DNA of 64,000 nt from an uncultured Anaerolineales bacterium (GCA_964575455.1 CAZNRX010000016.1:445-64444); one strand, 5' to 3'. Positions 39,501-51,427 are shown, counted from the first letter of the stretch. A program made the numbers and translations. The notes: a model not told the origin generated them from the letters alone.

Positions 39501-39505
39501 GCTAG
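30571..39505 (+). CDS. cyclic beta-1,2-glucan synthase (Cgs/NdvB-like: N-terminal domain, TM region, GT84 glycosyltransferase, GH94 phosphorylase-like domain), with frameshift at a G7 tract (32064-32070)
   Basis: ORF 30571..32202 and ORF 31964..39505 are consecutive parts of one Cgs homolog (GT84 signatures YVITLDADT, LSHDLFEG, RWVRGDWQ; GH94-like C-terminal two-thirds). The frames switch at the GGGGGGG homopolymer; one fewer G gives the continuous reading ..RLNRTYGKGGVLRVLRGRFHRERLWNPKESCWMGWERKRGKL. Confidence 0.75.
35621..35690 (+). repeat. 15 bp in-frame microsatellite (CAGGAYCTGCACATG)x4.6 encoding (QDLHM)n
   Basis: Perfect tandem copies inside the glucan synthase CDS. Confidence 0.85.
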
Positions 39506-39690
39506 CTTGGATCCTGGGGCTACACAGTATCCCGGGGCCTGAAGGTTGCCATCTCGACCGACGCCCACGGCACGGAGGAGTTGAGGTTTATGCAGTACGG
39601 CGTCTACCAGGCCCGTCGGGGCTGGCTGGAGCCCCAGGACGTGCTGAACACGAGAAGCTGGGACGAACTCAGGGAGCTTCTGGCGAGGTA
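39506..39690 (+). pseudogene. remnant of a PolX/PHP-domain protein C-terminus
   Basis: The same frame that ends the glucan synthase continues as ..VAISTDAHGTEELRFMQYGVYQARRGWLEPQDVLNTRSWDELRELLAR*. This matches the conserved C-terminal motifs of PHP-domain DNA polymerase X (TDAH...ARRGWL..VLNT). No N-terminal part is present. Confidence 0.5.
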
Positions 39691-39728
39691 ATGGCGCGAA
39701 ACGCGTAGGCGAAAAGGAGATTATCACG

Positions 39729-42240
<2,512 letters not shown>

Positions 42241-42281
42241 CGCGCAGCGGCGCGAGGGGAGGAGCTACAAAGCGCACACCG

Positions 42282-42578
42282 ATGACAGATTGGCAACGCA
42301 GGATCGCTCCTTTGGTGAGAGCGGTTGAAAAGCGGTATGACGCGCTTATGAGGATGATTCGCACTGTGCTGTTCAGCAACGCGCGGACGCGCCTGCCTTT
42401 GCCGGGCGTGGCGGCCTTCTACCGCGCGCTGGCCAATCAGGTCGTCCAGGCCGGCAGCGAGCTGGTCCTGGCTGACGACAGCCTGACGATGGCGCGGCAT
42501 GCGGCCAGGCGAGGCTGGATCTCGGAGGCGACGCTTCCGGAGATCAAGGCCGAGCAGGCGAGAGACGAGGCGAGGTGA
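42282..42578 (+). CDS. hypothetical small protein
   Basis: 98 aa ORF with no recognisable motif. Confidence 0.35.
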   Translation: MTDWQRRIAPLVRAVEKRYDALMRMIRTVLFSNARTRLPLPGVAAFYRALANQVVQAGSELVLADDSLTMARHAARRGWISEATLPEIKAEQARDEAR

Positions 42579-42780
42579 TCCTCTCTAACAGGGGAGGAGA
42601 GGCCTACGAAATTCTAACTTTCCACAACCCAATCCAAAGGGAATCCCAACCCACTCCGTACGCAGGATGAGGTTTTTTCTGTTAGACTAAGGGCAGTGAC
42701 GAGTGTTGTGGATGAGGACGCGAGGGATCCTCAGCAACGCTCGCAGAGCCGCTATACTGTTGTGGAGGGAGGCAGGGACT

Positions 42781-43131
42781 ATGCTGCAAAGAGCAGAGGA
42801 CGTCTATGGATTGACGGTTGAGGCGGTCGACGGTGATGCGGGGCGCGTGCATAACCTGTTCTTTGACGATCAGCAATGGGTGGTTCGCTACGTCGTCGTG
42901 GACACGGGGGGCTGGCTTGGTGGAAGACGCGTCTTGCTCTCCCCCGTTGCGATCAAAGGGGTGCTTCGGGACGACGGTGAGATGGAGGTTGCGCTCACCA
43001 AGTCGCAAGTGGAGCACAGTCCGGACATCGATCTGGATAAGCCGGTCTCCAGGCAACAGATCGTCGAGCTGCATGGGCCGAGACGCCCGAGTACTATGGT
43101 TGGCCCGCCTACTGGGGCGGCAGCGCGATGA
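42781..43131 (+). CDS. PRC-barrel domain protein, probably frameshifted relative to the next gene
   Basis: PRC-barrel signature (VHNLFFDDQQWVVRYVVVDTGGWL..RRVLLSP). The conserved C-terminal tail (ETPEYYGWPAYWGG) is encoded in the frame of the next ORF rather than this one. Confidence 0.6.
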   Translation: MLQRAEDVYGLTVEAVDGDAGRVHNLFFDDQQWVVRYVVVDTGGWLGGRRVLLSPVAIKGVLRDDGEMEVALTKSQVEHSPDIDLDKPVSRQQIVELHGPRRPSTMVGPPTGAAAR

Positions 43132-43565
43132 TGGGTACGGCGACCCCGGGCGTCTATCCGATGATTATGGCCGGCGTGGATCAGGTCGAGGCGGAGATGA
43201 AAGAGCAGGGTCCCAGCGAAAAGCATCGCGGTGACCCTCATCTGCGCAGCGCCAGGGCGGTGGATGGCTATGACATCCACGCCCTCGACGGCGAGATCGG
43301 GCACGTGGAGGACTACTTCGTTGACGACAAGGACTGGGTGATCCGCTATTTGCTGGTGGATACCCGGGACTGGCTGCCCGGCCGCGAGGTCCTGATCTCG
43401 CCGAGCTGGATCGAGCGCGTGGACTGGGCCGAGACGGCGGTGCACGTAGCGTTGACAAAAGCTCAGATTGAGGCCAGTCCGGCGTACGACCCCGAGGAGC
43501 CGCCTGGTCGTGACTACGAGGCGCTGCTTCATAGGTACTATGGCTATCCCGGCTACTGGTCGTAG
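43128..43565 (+). CDS. PRC-barrel domain protein
   Basis: VEDYFVDDKDWVIRYLLVDTRDWLPGREVLISP and the C-terminal RYYGYPGYWS motif. Confidence 0.7.
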   Translation: MMGTATPGVYPMIMAGVDQVEAEMKEQGPSEKHRGDPHLRSARAVDGYDIHALDGEIGHVEDYFVDDKDWVIRYLLVDTRDWLPGREVLISPSWIERVDWAETAVHVALTKAQIEASPAYDPEEPPGRDYEALLHRYYGYPGYWS

Positions 43566-43613
43566 GGTAGAGCGAGTGGCGAATCGTCTGCAGCGCAGCG
43601 AGGTGGATCGCTC

Positions 43614-44354
43614 ATGAATGATAGGGGATCGGTCCATATCGGGACCTCTGGCTGGCATTATGATCACTGGGAAGGCCCGTTCTACCCCCAGGGGATGTCG
43701 AACAGCGATTGGCTCGCGTTCTACGCTAGCCGACTGCAGACGGTGGAGGTCAACAACACCTTCTACCAGCTGCCGGAGGAGAGCACGCTGCGGACGTGGC
43801 GAGAGACGGTCCCAGAGGGGTTTGTCTTCGCGGTGAAGGCCAGCCAGTACATCACGCATATGAAGAAGCTCAAGGAGCCAGAGGGACCGGTCGATACGTT
43901 CTTGAGCCGCGTGGAGGCCCTGGGACCCCGCTTGGGCCCGATCCTCTTCCAACTTCCTCCGAATTGGCACTTCAACGGTCGGCGACTGCGCTCTTTCCTG
44001 GAGGTGCTGCCTCCTGATCAGCGGTACGCCTTCGAGCTGCGCGACCCTGACTGGCTCAACGAGGAGGCTTACGGGATTCTGGAGGAGCACGGCCGGGGCC
44101 ATGCTGCGTTCTGCATCTACGACTTCCATGGTCGGCAGTCCCCGAAGAGGATCACGGCTGATTTCGTCTACGTCCGGCTGCACGGCCCGTACGGGCCGTA
44201 TCGGGGCACGTACGACACCGAGACCCTGGCTGGATGGGCCGGCGCTTTCTCCACGTGGCGCGAGCAGGGAAGGGACGTGTACTGTTACTTCGATAACGAT
44301 GAGGCGGGCTACGCGGTTCAGAATGCGATGGAGCTTCGGGGGATGCTCAGGTAG
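43614..44354 (+). CDS. DUF72 (YecE-like, UPF0759) family protein
   Basis: IGTSGWHYDHWEGPFYP start and overall DUF72 architecture. Confidence 0.85.
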   Translation: MNDRGSVHIGTSGWHYDHWEGPFYPQGMSNSDWLAFYASRLQTVEVNNTFYQLPEESTLRTWRETVPEGFVFAVKASQYITHMKKLKEPEGPVDTFLSRVEALGPRLGPILFQLPPNWHFNGRRLRSFLEVLPPDQRYAFELRDPDWLNEEAYGILEEHGRGHAAFCIYDFHGRQSPKRITADFVYVRLHGPYGPYRGTYDTETLAGWAGAFSTWREQGRDVYCYFDNDEAGYAVQNAMELRGMLR

Positions 44355-44370
44355 GGGAACCCTGTGACAT

Positions 44371-44395
44371 CGCCCTGGGCTGAAGGCCCAGGGCG
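44371..44395 (+). terminator. GC-rich hairpin downstream of the DUF72 gene
   Basis: CGCCCTGGGC-TGAA-GGCCCAGGGCG (10 bp stem) with no U-tract; a second hairpin (AGCCCTTCGGGCT) follows. Confidence 0.3.
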
Positions 44396-44486
44396 CAGGG
44401 GCGAAGCCCTTCGGGCTGGGAATTGGGAGATAGAAGACGTAAGTGAGGTTGTCTAGCAGGACGGTTGTTTGAGGGAGGAGAGAGGT

Positions 44487-44840
44487 ATGCCAGACATCAA
44501 GACTGATCTCGACTTTGAGTTCTACAGCGAGGATCTGCCTAATCCGGATCTGGAGGACGACCTGTGGGCGGAGGCGTGGAACCGCGTTCAAGCGCTGGCC
44601 AAAGGCCACGACGATATGATCGGTGCCTCGGCCGCTGTCGAACGGGTCGAGCATCGCGAGACGCCGCACGTCTACAGGGCTCGCATCGTCGGCTACGTCC
44701 GCCCGGATAACGTTGTCACGGTGGAGAAGGCGGATAAGCCTATGGCCGCGCTGCAGCAGGCGCTCGATGCCCTGGAGCGGCAGGTGCGCAAGAAGAGGGG
44801 GAGAAGCGTGGCCCAACTGGGCGGCCCACTTGGGCCGTGA
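44487..44840 (+). CDS. ribosome hibernation factor (HPF/RaiA, S30AE)-like protein
   Basis: The C-terminal half (HVYRARIVGYVRPDNVVTVEKADKPMAALQQALDALERQVRKKRG) resembles the HPF beta-alpha-beta-beta-beta-alpha core. The N-terminus is divergent. Confidence 0.5.
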   Translation: MPDIKTDLDFEFYSEDLPNPDLEDDLWAEAWNRVQALAKGHDDMIGASAAVERVEHRETPHVYRARIVGYVRPDNVVTVEKADKPMAALQQALDALERQVRKKRGRSVAQLGGPLGP

Positions 44841-44849
44841 GCCCTGGGA

Positions 44850-45175
44850 GAAACCCTAGTGCTCTTTCACACAACAGACCTTGGCTTTTCCCTGCTCCCA
44901 GCCCTCGTCCTCGAGGGCGGTCTGGCCCAGGACAAGGCTCGATAGCACGCGTAAGCCGCCCCGAGACGGGGCTCAGAGCGACTGAAAAGTCCAAGTTAGA
45001 CGTGTGAAATTCCACTAGTGCTCTTTCACACAACAGACCTTGGCTTTTCCCTGCTCCCAGCCCTCGTCCTCGAGGGCGGTCTGGCCCAAGACAAGGCTCG
45101 ATAGCACGCGTAAACCGCCCCGAGACGGGGCTCAGAGCAACTGAAAAGTCCAAGTTAGACGTGTGAAATGGCACT
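44850..45175. repeat. tandem duplication (2 copies, 159 bp unit, about 97% identical) of a highly structured element
   Basis: Unit CTAGTGCTCTTTCACACAACAGACC...GCCCTCGTCCTCGAGGGCG...CCCCGAGACGGGG...GTTAGACGTGTGAAAT. It has 8 bp terminal inverted repeats TTTCACAC/GTGTGAAA and two internal perfect hairpins. A third copy begins at 45174 and diverges. Confidence 0.85.
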
Positions 45176-45281
45176 AGCAAGGTGATCGCCACGGTGCGGC
45201 GAATTTCCCACGGGCGCTGTGTGGTGCGTGGCACCTCACGATGGTAAGTAGGTTAGCATGCAGAGAGAGTGGAGGGCTAAG

Positions 45282-45839
45282 ATGACGAAGACCTATACGT
45301 ATACGGCAAGAAGCGCCGAGAATCCGGAGCGGGTCGTGACGTTCACGCTGCGCGATTCTCGTATGTCCGTTGGGGTGGGGGCGCCGCTGGAGCAGATGGA
45401 GCGTGCGATCCAGCTGGGCCGCGGCGAGGAAGCGCCCGAAGAGAAAGAGATCGAGGAAGCAGCCGAGGTTGAGGTGCGGGAGACGGAGAAACCGAAGCTC
45501 TGGCTGCGGCCGGTGGCTGTCTCGCTGGCTGAGCGGGGCACGCGCCCGGTTCACGTGGATGACGTGGTCGCCAACGTGAGGGACGACTGGCTGCAGGTCA
45601 GGGCGTGGATCCGCACCGGTGGGCTGCGCCTGATCCCGATTACGCTGATCGACGGCCGGGTCGACAATCCGGTAGCGGCTCAGGACTTCGTGGAGGAGGT
45701 TCAGGAGCGCAAGACGGTCAGTGGGTGGGACGTGTTCGACCTGTTCGATTACTGGGCAACGTGGGTCGTGGCCGGGATCCTTGCCCTGGTCATGTTCCAG
45801 CAGTGGCGGCGCAAGGGCAGTGATAAGGGCGAGGCGTAG
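45282..45839 (+). CDS. hypothetical protein with C-terminal TM helix
   Basis: 186 aa with an acidic central region and a C-terminal hydrophobic segment (WATWVVAGILALVMF). Confidence 0.5.
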   Translation: MTKTYTYTARSAENPERVVTFTLRDSRMSVGVGAPLEQMERAIQLGRGEEAPEEKEIEEAAEVEVRETEKPKLWLRPVAVSLAERGTRPVHVDDVVANVRDDWLQVRAWIRTGGLRLIPITLIDGRVDNPVAAQDFVEEVQERKTVSGWDVFDLFDYWATWVVAGILALVMFQQWRRKGSDKGEA

Positions 45840-45877
45840 CGAGATGGGAGTAAGGCGTATGGGCGTGTGGGAGCAAG

Positions 45878-48763
45878 ATGAGATCTGAAGACGGCGATCG
45901 AACTCAGGCCGACGAAGGTCTGGACCTGGACAATCCAGCCGAAGGGGCGTCGTCAACGGGCGATAAGTCGCCTAGGGGCGATGTCGAAGACGAGGCCGGG
46001 AAGGGCGTGACGAAACCCTGGATCCGCCCCGTCGACGAGGTCGTCGAGGCGTTGAACGTCTCTCTCACTCAGGGGCTGGACCCGCAGGAGGTGCGGCGGA
46101 GGCGACGGCGTTATGGACGAAACCGGCTGCGGTCCGCGGAGACGAGAAGCGCGTGGGATATCCTGGTTGAGCAGTTCAAGAGCGTGATCGTTGCGCTGCT
46201 TGCCTCGGCGGCGATCGTCTCCTTCGCCTTCGGCGAGGTGGTGGAGGGCATCGCCATCGGTGTGGTGATTCTGATCAACGCGGCCATCGGCTTCGTCACC
46301 GAGCTCCGGGCCGTGCGCTCGATGGAGGCGCTGCAAGAACTGAGCCAGGTCAGCGCCAAGGTCCGCCGTGACGGCCAGGCGAAGGAGGTCCCCGCCGAGG
46401 AGATCGTCCCGGGCGACGTTGTGCTCGTGGACGGCGGGGACATGGTGACGGCTGACCTGCGCCTGTTTGAGGCCTCCAAGCTGCAGGCGAACGAATCGGC
46501 GCTGACGGGCGAGTCGGTGCCGGTCGGCAAACAGACCGAGCCCGTTGGCGAGGAGACGCCGCTGGCCGAGCGCTCCAGTATGCTCTTCAAGGGGACCGCT
46601 GTGACCCGAGGGTCGGGCGCGGGCGTCGTGGTGGCCACCGGCATGGACACGGAGCTGGGTCACATCTCGTCCCTCGTGGAGGAGGCGGAGGAGGAGATCA
46701 CGCCTCTGGAGAGGCGGCTGAGCCAGCTGGGGCACCGTCTGATCTGGATCACGCTGGGCATCGCGGCCTTGGTGACCGTCTCGGGGGCCCTCAGCGGGAG
46801 AGATGTCTTCCTGATGATTCGATCCGGCATCGCCCTGGCGGTGGCGAGCGTTCCTGAGGGCTTGCCCATCGTGGCCACCGTGGCTCTGGCGCGAGGTATG
46901 TGGCGCATGGCACGCCGAAACGCCGTCGTCAATCAGCTCTCGGCCGTGGAGACGCTGGGCTCTACCAACGTGATTCTGACCGACAAGACCGGGACGTTGA
47001 CCGAGAACCGCATGACGGTCACCCGGGTGGTGCTGCCCTCTGACGGGAAAGCGCCGTCAGGAGAGACACGCACTCGGATCGAGGTCAGCGGAGAGGGGCT
47101 CGATATTGAGGGCACATTCAGTCGGGATGGGCGTTCTGTGGAACCCCAGGAGCACGAGCTGCTGCGGCGCTTGCTGGAGGTCGGCGTGCTGTGCAACAAT
47201 GCCGTGCTGAACGAGGATGCCTCCGATGACGGGGTCTCATCCGTTGGGGAGCCTACGGAGGTCGCGCTCCTGGTGGCTGGGGCCAAGGCGGGCATCAGGT
47301 ACGATGAGCTCACGGGCGGATCGCCCGAGCGAATGCCCGAGGTGCGAGAGGTGGCCTTTGACCCCGAGATCAAGATGATGGCCACGTTCCACCAGCGGCA
47401 AGAGGATGATGGCGACTACCTCGTGGCCGTCAAGGGGGCTCTGGAGGCGGTCATCGACTCCTCGACGCACGTTCTGACGGAGGAGGGGAGGCGAGAGCTG
47501 ACGGATGAGGCGCGGCAGAGGTGGATCGAGGAGAACCGCCAGATGGCCGGGCAGGGGCTGCGCGTCATCGCCATGGCGAGCAGGACTGCTGAGGGGCCGC
47601 TCTCGCCCCCGTCGTCCGACGAGGATCCGTACCACCAGCTGACGTTTCTGGGTCTCCAGGCGCTGCTTGATCCGCCGCGCAGTGACGTGCGGGACTCGAT
47701 CAAAGGGGCGCAGCATGCCGGGGTGCGGGTGGTGATGGTCACAGGTGACCAGCCGGCCACAGCCCGCAACGTCGCGCACGCCGTCGGACTGGTGGACGAT
47801 AGCGACGCGCCGGTGATCCACGGCGGGGACGTTGATGACCTCCGCAGTCTGAGCGAAGAGGAGCGAGGGCGCGTCTTGCGAGCGCCGATCTTCGCGCGCG
47901 TGAGCCCGGAGCAGAAGCTGGACCTGATCGCGCTCCACCAGGAGAGCAACGCGATTGTGGCGATGACGGGTGACGGGGTGAACGATGCACCAGCGCTGAA
48001 GAAGGCGGACATCGGCGTGGCGATGGGGCAGCGGGGCACGCAGGTGGCGAAGGAGGCAGCCGACATGGTGCTGAAGGATGACCGCCTCTCGACCATCGTC
48101 GCCGCCATTCAGCAGGGGCGCACAATCTTCAACAACATCCGCAAGTTCGTCCTCTACCTGCTATCCTGTAACGTAGCCGAGATCATGATCGTCGGGCTGG
48201 CCTCTCTGGTGAATGCTCCCTTGCCGATTCTGCCGCTCCAGATTCTGTTCCTCAATCTGGTCACCGACGTCTTCCCGGCGCTCGCTCTGGGGGTGGGCCG
48301 GGGCGATCCGCACGTCATGGAGCGCCCGCCGCGCGATCCCGACGAGCGGGTGCTGATGCGCCAACACTGGATGGGCATCTTGGGCTACAGCTCGGTGATC
48401 AGCGTCGCGGTGCTGGGGGCGCTGGCGGTCTCGGTGCTCTGGCTGGGCGTGAGCGAGGCCCGCGCGGTCACGATCTCATTTCTCACGCTGGCCTTCGCGC
48501 AGCTGTGGCACGTGTTCAACATGCGCGACCACGACACTGGCGTGATTGACAATGACATCGTTCAGAATCGTTGGATCTGGGGGGCTCTGGCCCTTTGCAC
48601 GGCGCTGCTGCTTCTGGCGGTCTACGTGCCGGGTTTCGCGAATCTGCTTAGGGTGGAGAAGCCTGGCCTCGAGGGATGGACGCTGATTATTGGCGCGAGC
48701 CTGATTCCCTGGTTCGTTGGCTTGATCGTCAAAGCAGTCGATGGTATGCGAATCACGACGTGA
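45878..48763 (+). CDS. cation-transporting P-type ATPase (type II, Ca2+/Mg2+-like)
   Basis: DKTGTLT phosphorylation motif, TGES-like region (LTGES), MVTGD, GDGVNDAPAL and 10 TM helices. Confidence 0.9.
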   Translation: MRSEDGDRTQADEGLDLDNPAEGASSTGDKSPRGDVEDEAGKGVTKPWIRPVDEVVEALNVSLTQGLDPQEVRRRRRRYGRNRLRSAETRSAWDILVEQFKSVIVALLASAAIVSFAFGEVVEGIAIGVVILINAAIGFVTELRAVRSMEALQELSQVSAKVRRDGQAKEVPAEEIVPGDVVLVDGGDMVTADLRLFEASKLQANESALTGESVPVGKQTEPVGEETPLAERSSMLFKGTAVTRGSGAGVVVATGMDTELGHISSLVEEAEEEITPLERRLSQLGHRLIWITLGIAALVTVSGALSGRDVFLMIRSGIALAVASVPEGLPIVATVALARGMWRMARRNAVVNQLSAVETLGSTNVILTDKTGTLTENRMTVTRVVLPSDGKAPSGETRTRIEVSGEGLDIEGTFSRDGRSVEPQEHELLRRLLEVGVLCNNAVLNEDASDDGVSSVGEPTEVALLVAGAKAGIRYDELTGGSPERMPEVREVAFDPEIKMMATFHQRQEDDGDYLVAVKGALEAVIDSSTHVLTEEGRRELTDEARQRWIEENRQMAGQGLRVIAMASRTAEGPLSPPSSDEDPYHQLTFLGLQALLDPPRSDVRDSIKGAQHAGVRVVMVTGDQPATARNVAHAVGLVDDSDAPVIHGGDVDDLRSLSEEERGRVLRAPIFARVSPEQKLDLIALHQESNAIVAMTGDGVNDAPALKKADIGVAMGQRGTQVAKEAADMVLKDDRLSTIVAAIQQGRTIFNNIRKFVLYLLSCNVAEIMIVGLASLVNAPLPILPLQILFLNLVTDVFPALALGVGRGDPHVMERPPRDPDERVLMRQHWMGILGYSSVISVAVLGALAVSVLWLGVSEARAVTISFLTLAFAQLWHVFNMRDHDTGVIDNDIVQNRWIWGALALCTALLLLAVYVPGFANLLRVEKPGLEGWTLIIGASLIPWFVGLIVKAVDGMRITT

Positions 48764-48786
48764 CACAGTAAAGGAGGCGAGGCACG

Positions 48787-49986
48787 TTGCTACTCTCTCG
48801 ATCTGAGCTTGAGGATCTGACGCAGACGTACGACCAATGGCACGTCTCGATCTACATGCCCACCTATAGAGCGGGGGATGAGATTCGGCAGAACGCGATA
48901 CGCTTCAAGAACCTGCTCAATCAGGCGGAGGAGCAGCTGGTCGAGGGGGGCATGCGGCGGCCGGAGGCGCAGGAGCTGCTCTCTCCGGGGCGGGCGCTGG
49001 CCGAGGATGAGATATTCTGGCAGCGGCGGAGCGATGGGCTGGCTGTGTTCCTCGCGGAGGATATGACGCGCAAGTACCGGCTGCCCTTGGACTTCGAGGA
49101 CTTGTTGGTGGTCGGCGGCCGCTTCCACGTCAAGCCGCTGCTATCGGTGCTGAGCAACAACGGCCGGTTCTACGTCCTGGCCTTGAGCCAGCACGAGACC
49201 CGGCTGCTTCAAGGAACGCGTCACCGCATTGGCGAGATCGATCTGGACGACGAAGAGCGGGTGCCGGAATCGATCGTCGAGATCCTGAAGTGGGAGGATC
49301 CGGAGAAGCGGCTGCAGGCTCACACAGGTACCGAGGCGGTTATCGACGGGGGCGTGGTGGTCATTTTCCACGGCCACGGGGTGGCAAGCCAGGACGACCC
49401 TGACGATAAGATTCTGCGCTACTTCCAACGTTTGGACCTGGGGGTCGCTGACCTGCTGGCGGACGACGATGCCCCCCTGGTCCTGGCGGGGGATGGTTTC
49501 CTGCTGCCGCTCTACCGTGAGGCGAACAGCTATCCGCACCTGGCGCAGGAGGGCATCGCCAAACAGCCGGACGAATTGAGCGCCGAAGAGCTGCACCGGG
49601 AGGCCTGGTCCATCGTCCGTTCGACCTTCTCCCAGGCCCAGGAGCGGGCCGAGGAGACGTACCACCATCTTTCTGGCACGGAGAGCGAGCGGGTGGCGCG
49701 CGACGTTGAGGAGGTTGTGCGAGCGGCCGCCTTCGGGCGCGTAGAGGGGCTCTTCGTCGCCAGGGACGAGCAGCGGTGGGGGGCTTTCGACGAGGAGACG
49801 AGCGCGGTCGAGCTGCACGAGGAGCAGCAGCCGGGCGATCAGGACCTTCTCGACGTCGCGGCTGTTCAGACGATGCTTCATGAGGGTTGGCTCTTCGTGG
49901 TCGACGGCCAGGATGTGCCGCGGGACGACGAGCAAAGCGGCCTGGGCGCCCGCGAGCATTCACTGGCCGCTGTGCTTCGGTGGTGA
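48787..49986 (+). CDS. hypothetical protein
   Basis: 399 aa soluble acidic protein with no motif I can name. Confidence 0.55.
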   Translation: MLLSRSELEDLTQTYDQWHVSIYMPTYRAGDEIRQNAIRFKNLLNQAEEQLVEGGMRRPEAQELLSPGRALAEDEIFWQRRSDGLAVFLAEDMTRKYRLPLDFEDLLVVGGRFHVKPLLSVLSNNGRFYVLALSQHETRLLQGTRHRIGEIDLDDEERVPESIVEILKWEDPEKRLQAHTGTEAVIDGGVVVIFHGHGVASQDDPDDKILRYFQRLDLGVADLLADDDAPLVLAGDGFLLPLYREANSYPHLAQEGIAKQPDELSAEELHREAWSIVRSTFSQAQERAEETYHHLSGTESERVARDVEEVVRAAAFGRVEGLFVARDEQRWGAFDEETSAVELHEEQQPGDQDLLDVAAVQTMLHEGWLFVVDGQDVPRDDEQSGLGAREHSLAAVLRW

Positions 49987-50029
49987 ACACGCCCGGGGTT
50001 GATTCCTGATGCCCAGCGGTTCGCGCTCG

Positions 50030-51055
50030 ATGGGACACGCGTTCATCGTCCTCAATCCGGTGGCGGGACAGAGCAGTGACGAGATGCGGCGTCATCTGGA
50101 GCGGCACTTCGCCGCCACGGGCTGGACGTGCGAGCTATACGCTACCACTGGCGAGGAACGCGTCGCGGATGTGGTGCGGGCCGCTTTGCCTCGGGCGCCG
50201 GAGCGGGTCGACGACCAAGTGGATCTTGTCGTCGCGGCCGGGGGCGACGGGACCGTATCCGGTGTAGCGGGGGGGATCGCACAGACCGAGATCCCATTGG
50301 GCGTCATCCCTCTTGGCACGGGGAACACGTTTGCGCGTGAGCTAGGTATTCCCCTGGCTCTTGAGCCGGCGCTGAACCTGTTGACGGGCGATCACACCCT
50401 GCTGAACGTCGACGGCATGGCAGTTGGCGAGCGGTTCTTCGTGCTGAGCGTAAGCATCGGGATCAGCGGTTTGATTATGCGCGACACCGAGCGGGCGGAC
50501 AAGCGTCGTTTTGGACGCGTGGCCTACGTTTGGACCGGGCTGAGGAAGCTATTTGGCTACCAGCCTCACCGGTTCGGCGTGACGATCGACCACGAGCAGA
50601 CCCGATTGATCCGAGCGTCGGAGATCGCCATCGCCAACAGCGGAGCCCTGGGTGATCCATCGCTGCGCTGGAGTCCGCACGTCGAGCTGGACGATGGCCG
50701 CATCGATGTCTGTATCCTGCGTGCCAGATCCGTCCTGGACTACATCGGCTTGGCCGTAGCTGTGGTGCTCAGACGGCACGCCGAGGAGCCAGGGATACGT
50801 CACTACATCGCAGAGCGCCGGGTTGAGGTGGATACCCGCTCTGATCTACCCGTGCAGGGTGACGGGGAGTTCATCGGGAAGCCCCCCGTTGAGGTGACCG
50901 TGTTGCCTGGCGCTTTCCGGGTGGTCGTACCTCTCTCACTCTCCCATGATCTGAAGCACGAGCCGCCGGGAACGGGGACGGGTGTCGAAGTCGAGGAAGA
51001 CGATCTGCTGCCACGTGCCCAACGTGAGGTCACCGTCGACGAAGGGGACGGTTAG
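50030..51055 (+). CDS. diacylglycerol kinase catalytic domain (LCB5/YegS-like) lipid kinase
   Basis: DAGK_cat motifs (VVAAGGDGTVS..GVIPLGTGN). Confidence 0.8.
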   Translation: MGHAFIVLNPVAGQSSDEMRRHLERHFAATGWTCELYATTGEERVADVVRAALPRAPERVDDQVDLVVAAGGDGTVSGVAGGIAQTEIPLGVIPLGTGNTFARELGIPLALEPALNLLTGDHTLLNVDGMAVGERFFVLSVSIGISGLIMRDTERADKRRFGRVAYVWTGLRKLFGYQPHRFGVTIDHEQTRLIRASEIAIANSGALGDPSLRWSPHVELDDGRIDVCILRARSVLDYIGLAVAVVLRRHAEEPGIRHYIAERRVEVDTRSDLPVQGDGEFIGKPPVEVTVLPGAFRVVVPLSLSHDLKHEPPGTGTGVEVEEDDLLPRAQREVTVDEGDG

Positions 51056-51352
51056 AGAGGGTCCGATCATAGCGCCTCGGACGTGAGAACGGCCGTTATC
51101 ATCTCCCCAGCGGAGGTGGTGGCGGTAGTCTCGGTCGGGCGGCGCGATCTCATCCAGAACCTGCTCGAGGTCATGGAGAGCGCCGCTTTCATATTCGATG
51201 GTGGACAACCCGCCGGTCGAGCCGGGGCAGAAGACGGTCACGGTTCCATTCTCCACCTCACTCTCCTTCACGGCCTGACCGACGCGTGACGTGATGTCGA
51301 GGATGTCGCAGTTTCCTTCTGTTTGCAGGTTAAGCTCACGGGTGATGACCAT
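50936..51352 (-). CDS. YjbQ/UPF0047 family protein
   Basis: Typical YjbQ sequence (..DITSRV...HHLRWGDDNG..SHVRGAMIGPSLTVP..). Convergently overlaps the kinase gene by about 120 bp. Confidence 0.8.
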   Translation of the reverse strand: MVITRELNLQTEGNCDILDITSRVGQAVKESEVENGTVTVFCPGSTGGLSTIEYESGALHDLEQVLDEIAPPDRDYRHHLRWGDDNGRSHVRGAMIGPSLTVPFVDGDLTLGTWQQIVFLDFDTRPRSRRLVLQIMGE

Positions 51353-51384
51353 GGGACCTCTCTTTCAGTCTTGTCTCTGCTTTC

Positions 51385-51427
51385 AGGTGCCTGGCACTGA
51401 ACGGCGCCTTCGGCAAGTGCCAGGCAC
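51385..51427. terminator. long inverted repeat (13 bp arms) downstream of the GT2 gene
   Basis: GGTGCCTGGCACT - 17 nt - AGTGCCAGGCACC. Shares the GGTGC-N3-GCAC core with the repeats around the PPC gene. Confidence 0.4.

Noticed and set aside
42781-43565. PRC-barrel proteins as evidence of a photosynthetic reaction centre
   Set aside because: The PRC-barrel is a widespread stand-alone domain, and no pufLM/puhA-like genes are present.
44740-45234. 164 aa minus-strand ORF spanning the 159 bp tandem repeat
   Set aside because: Its reading is generated by the duplicated structured element and repeats its own sequence. Treated as non-coding.
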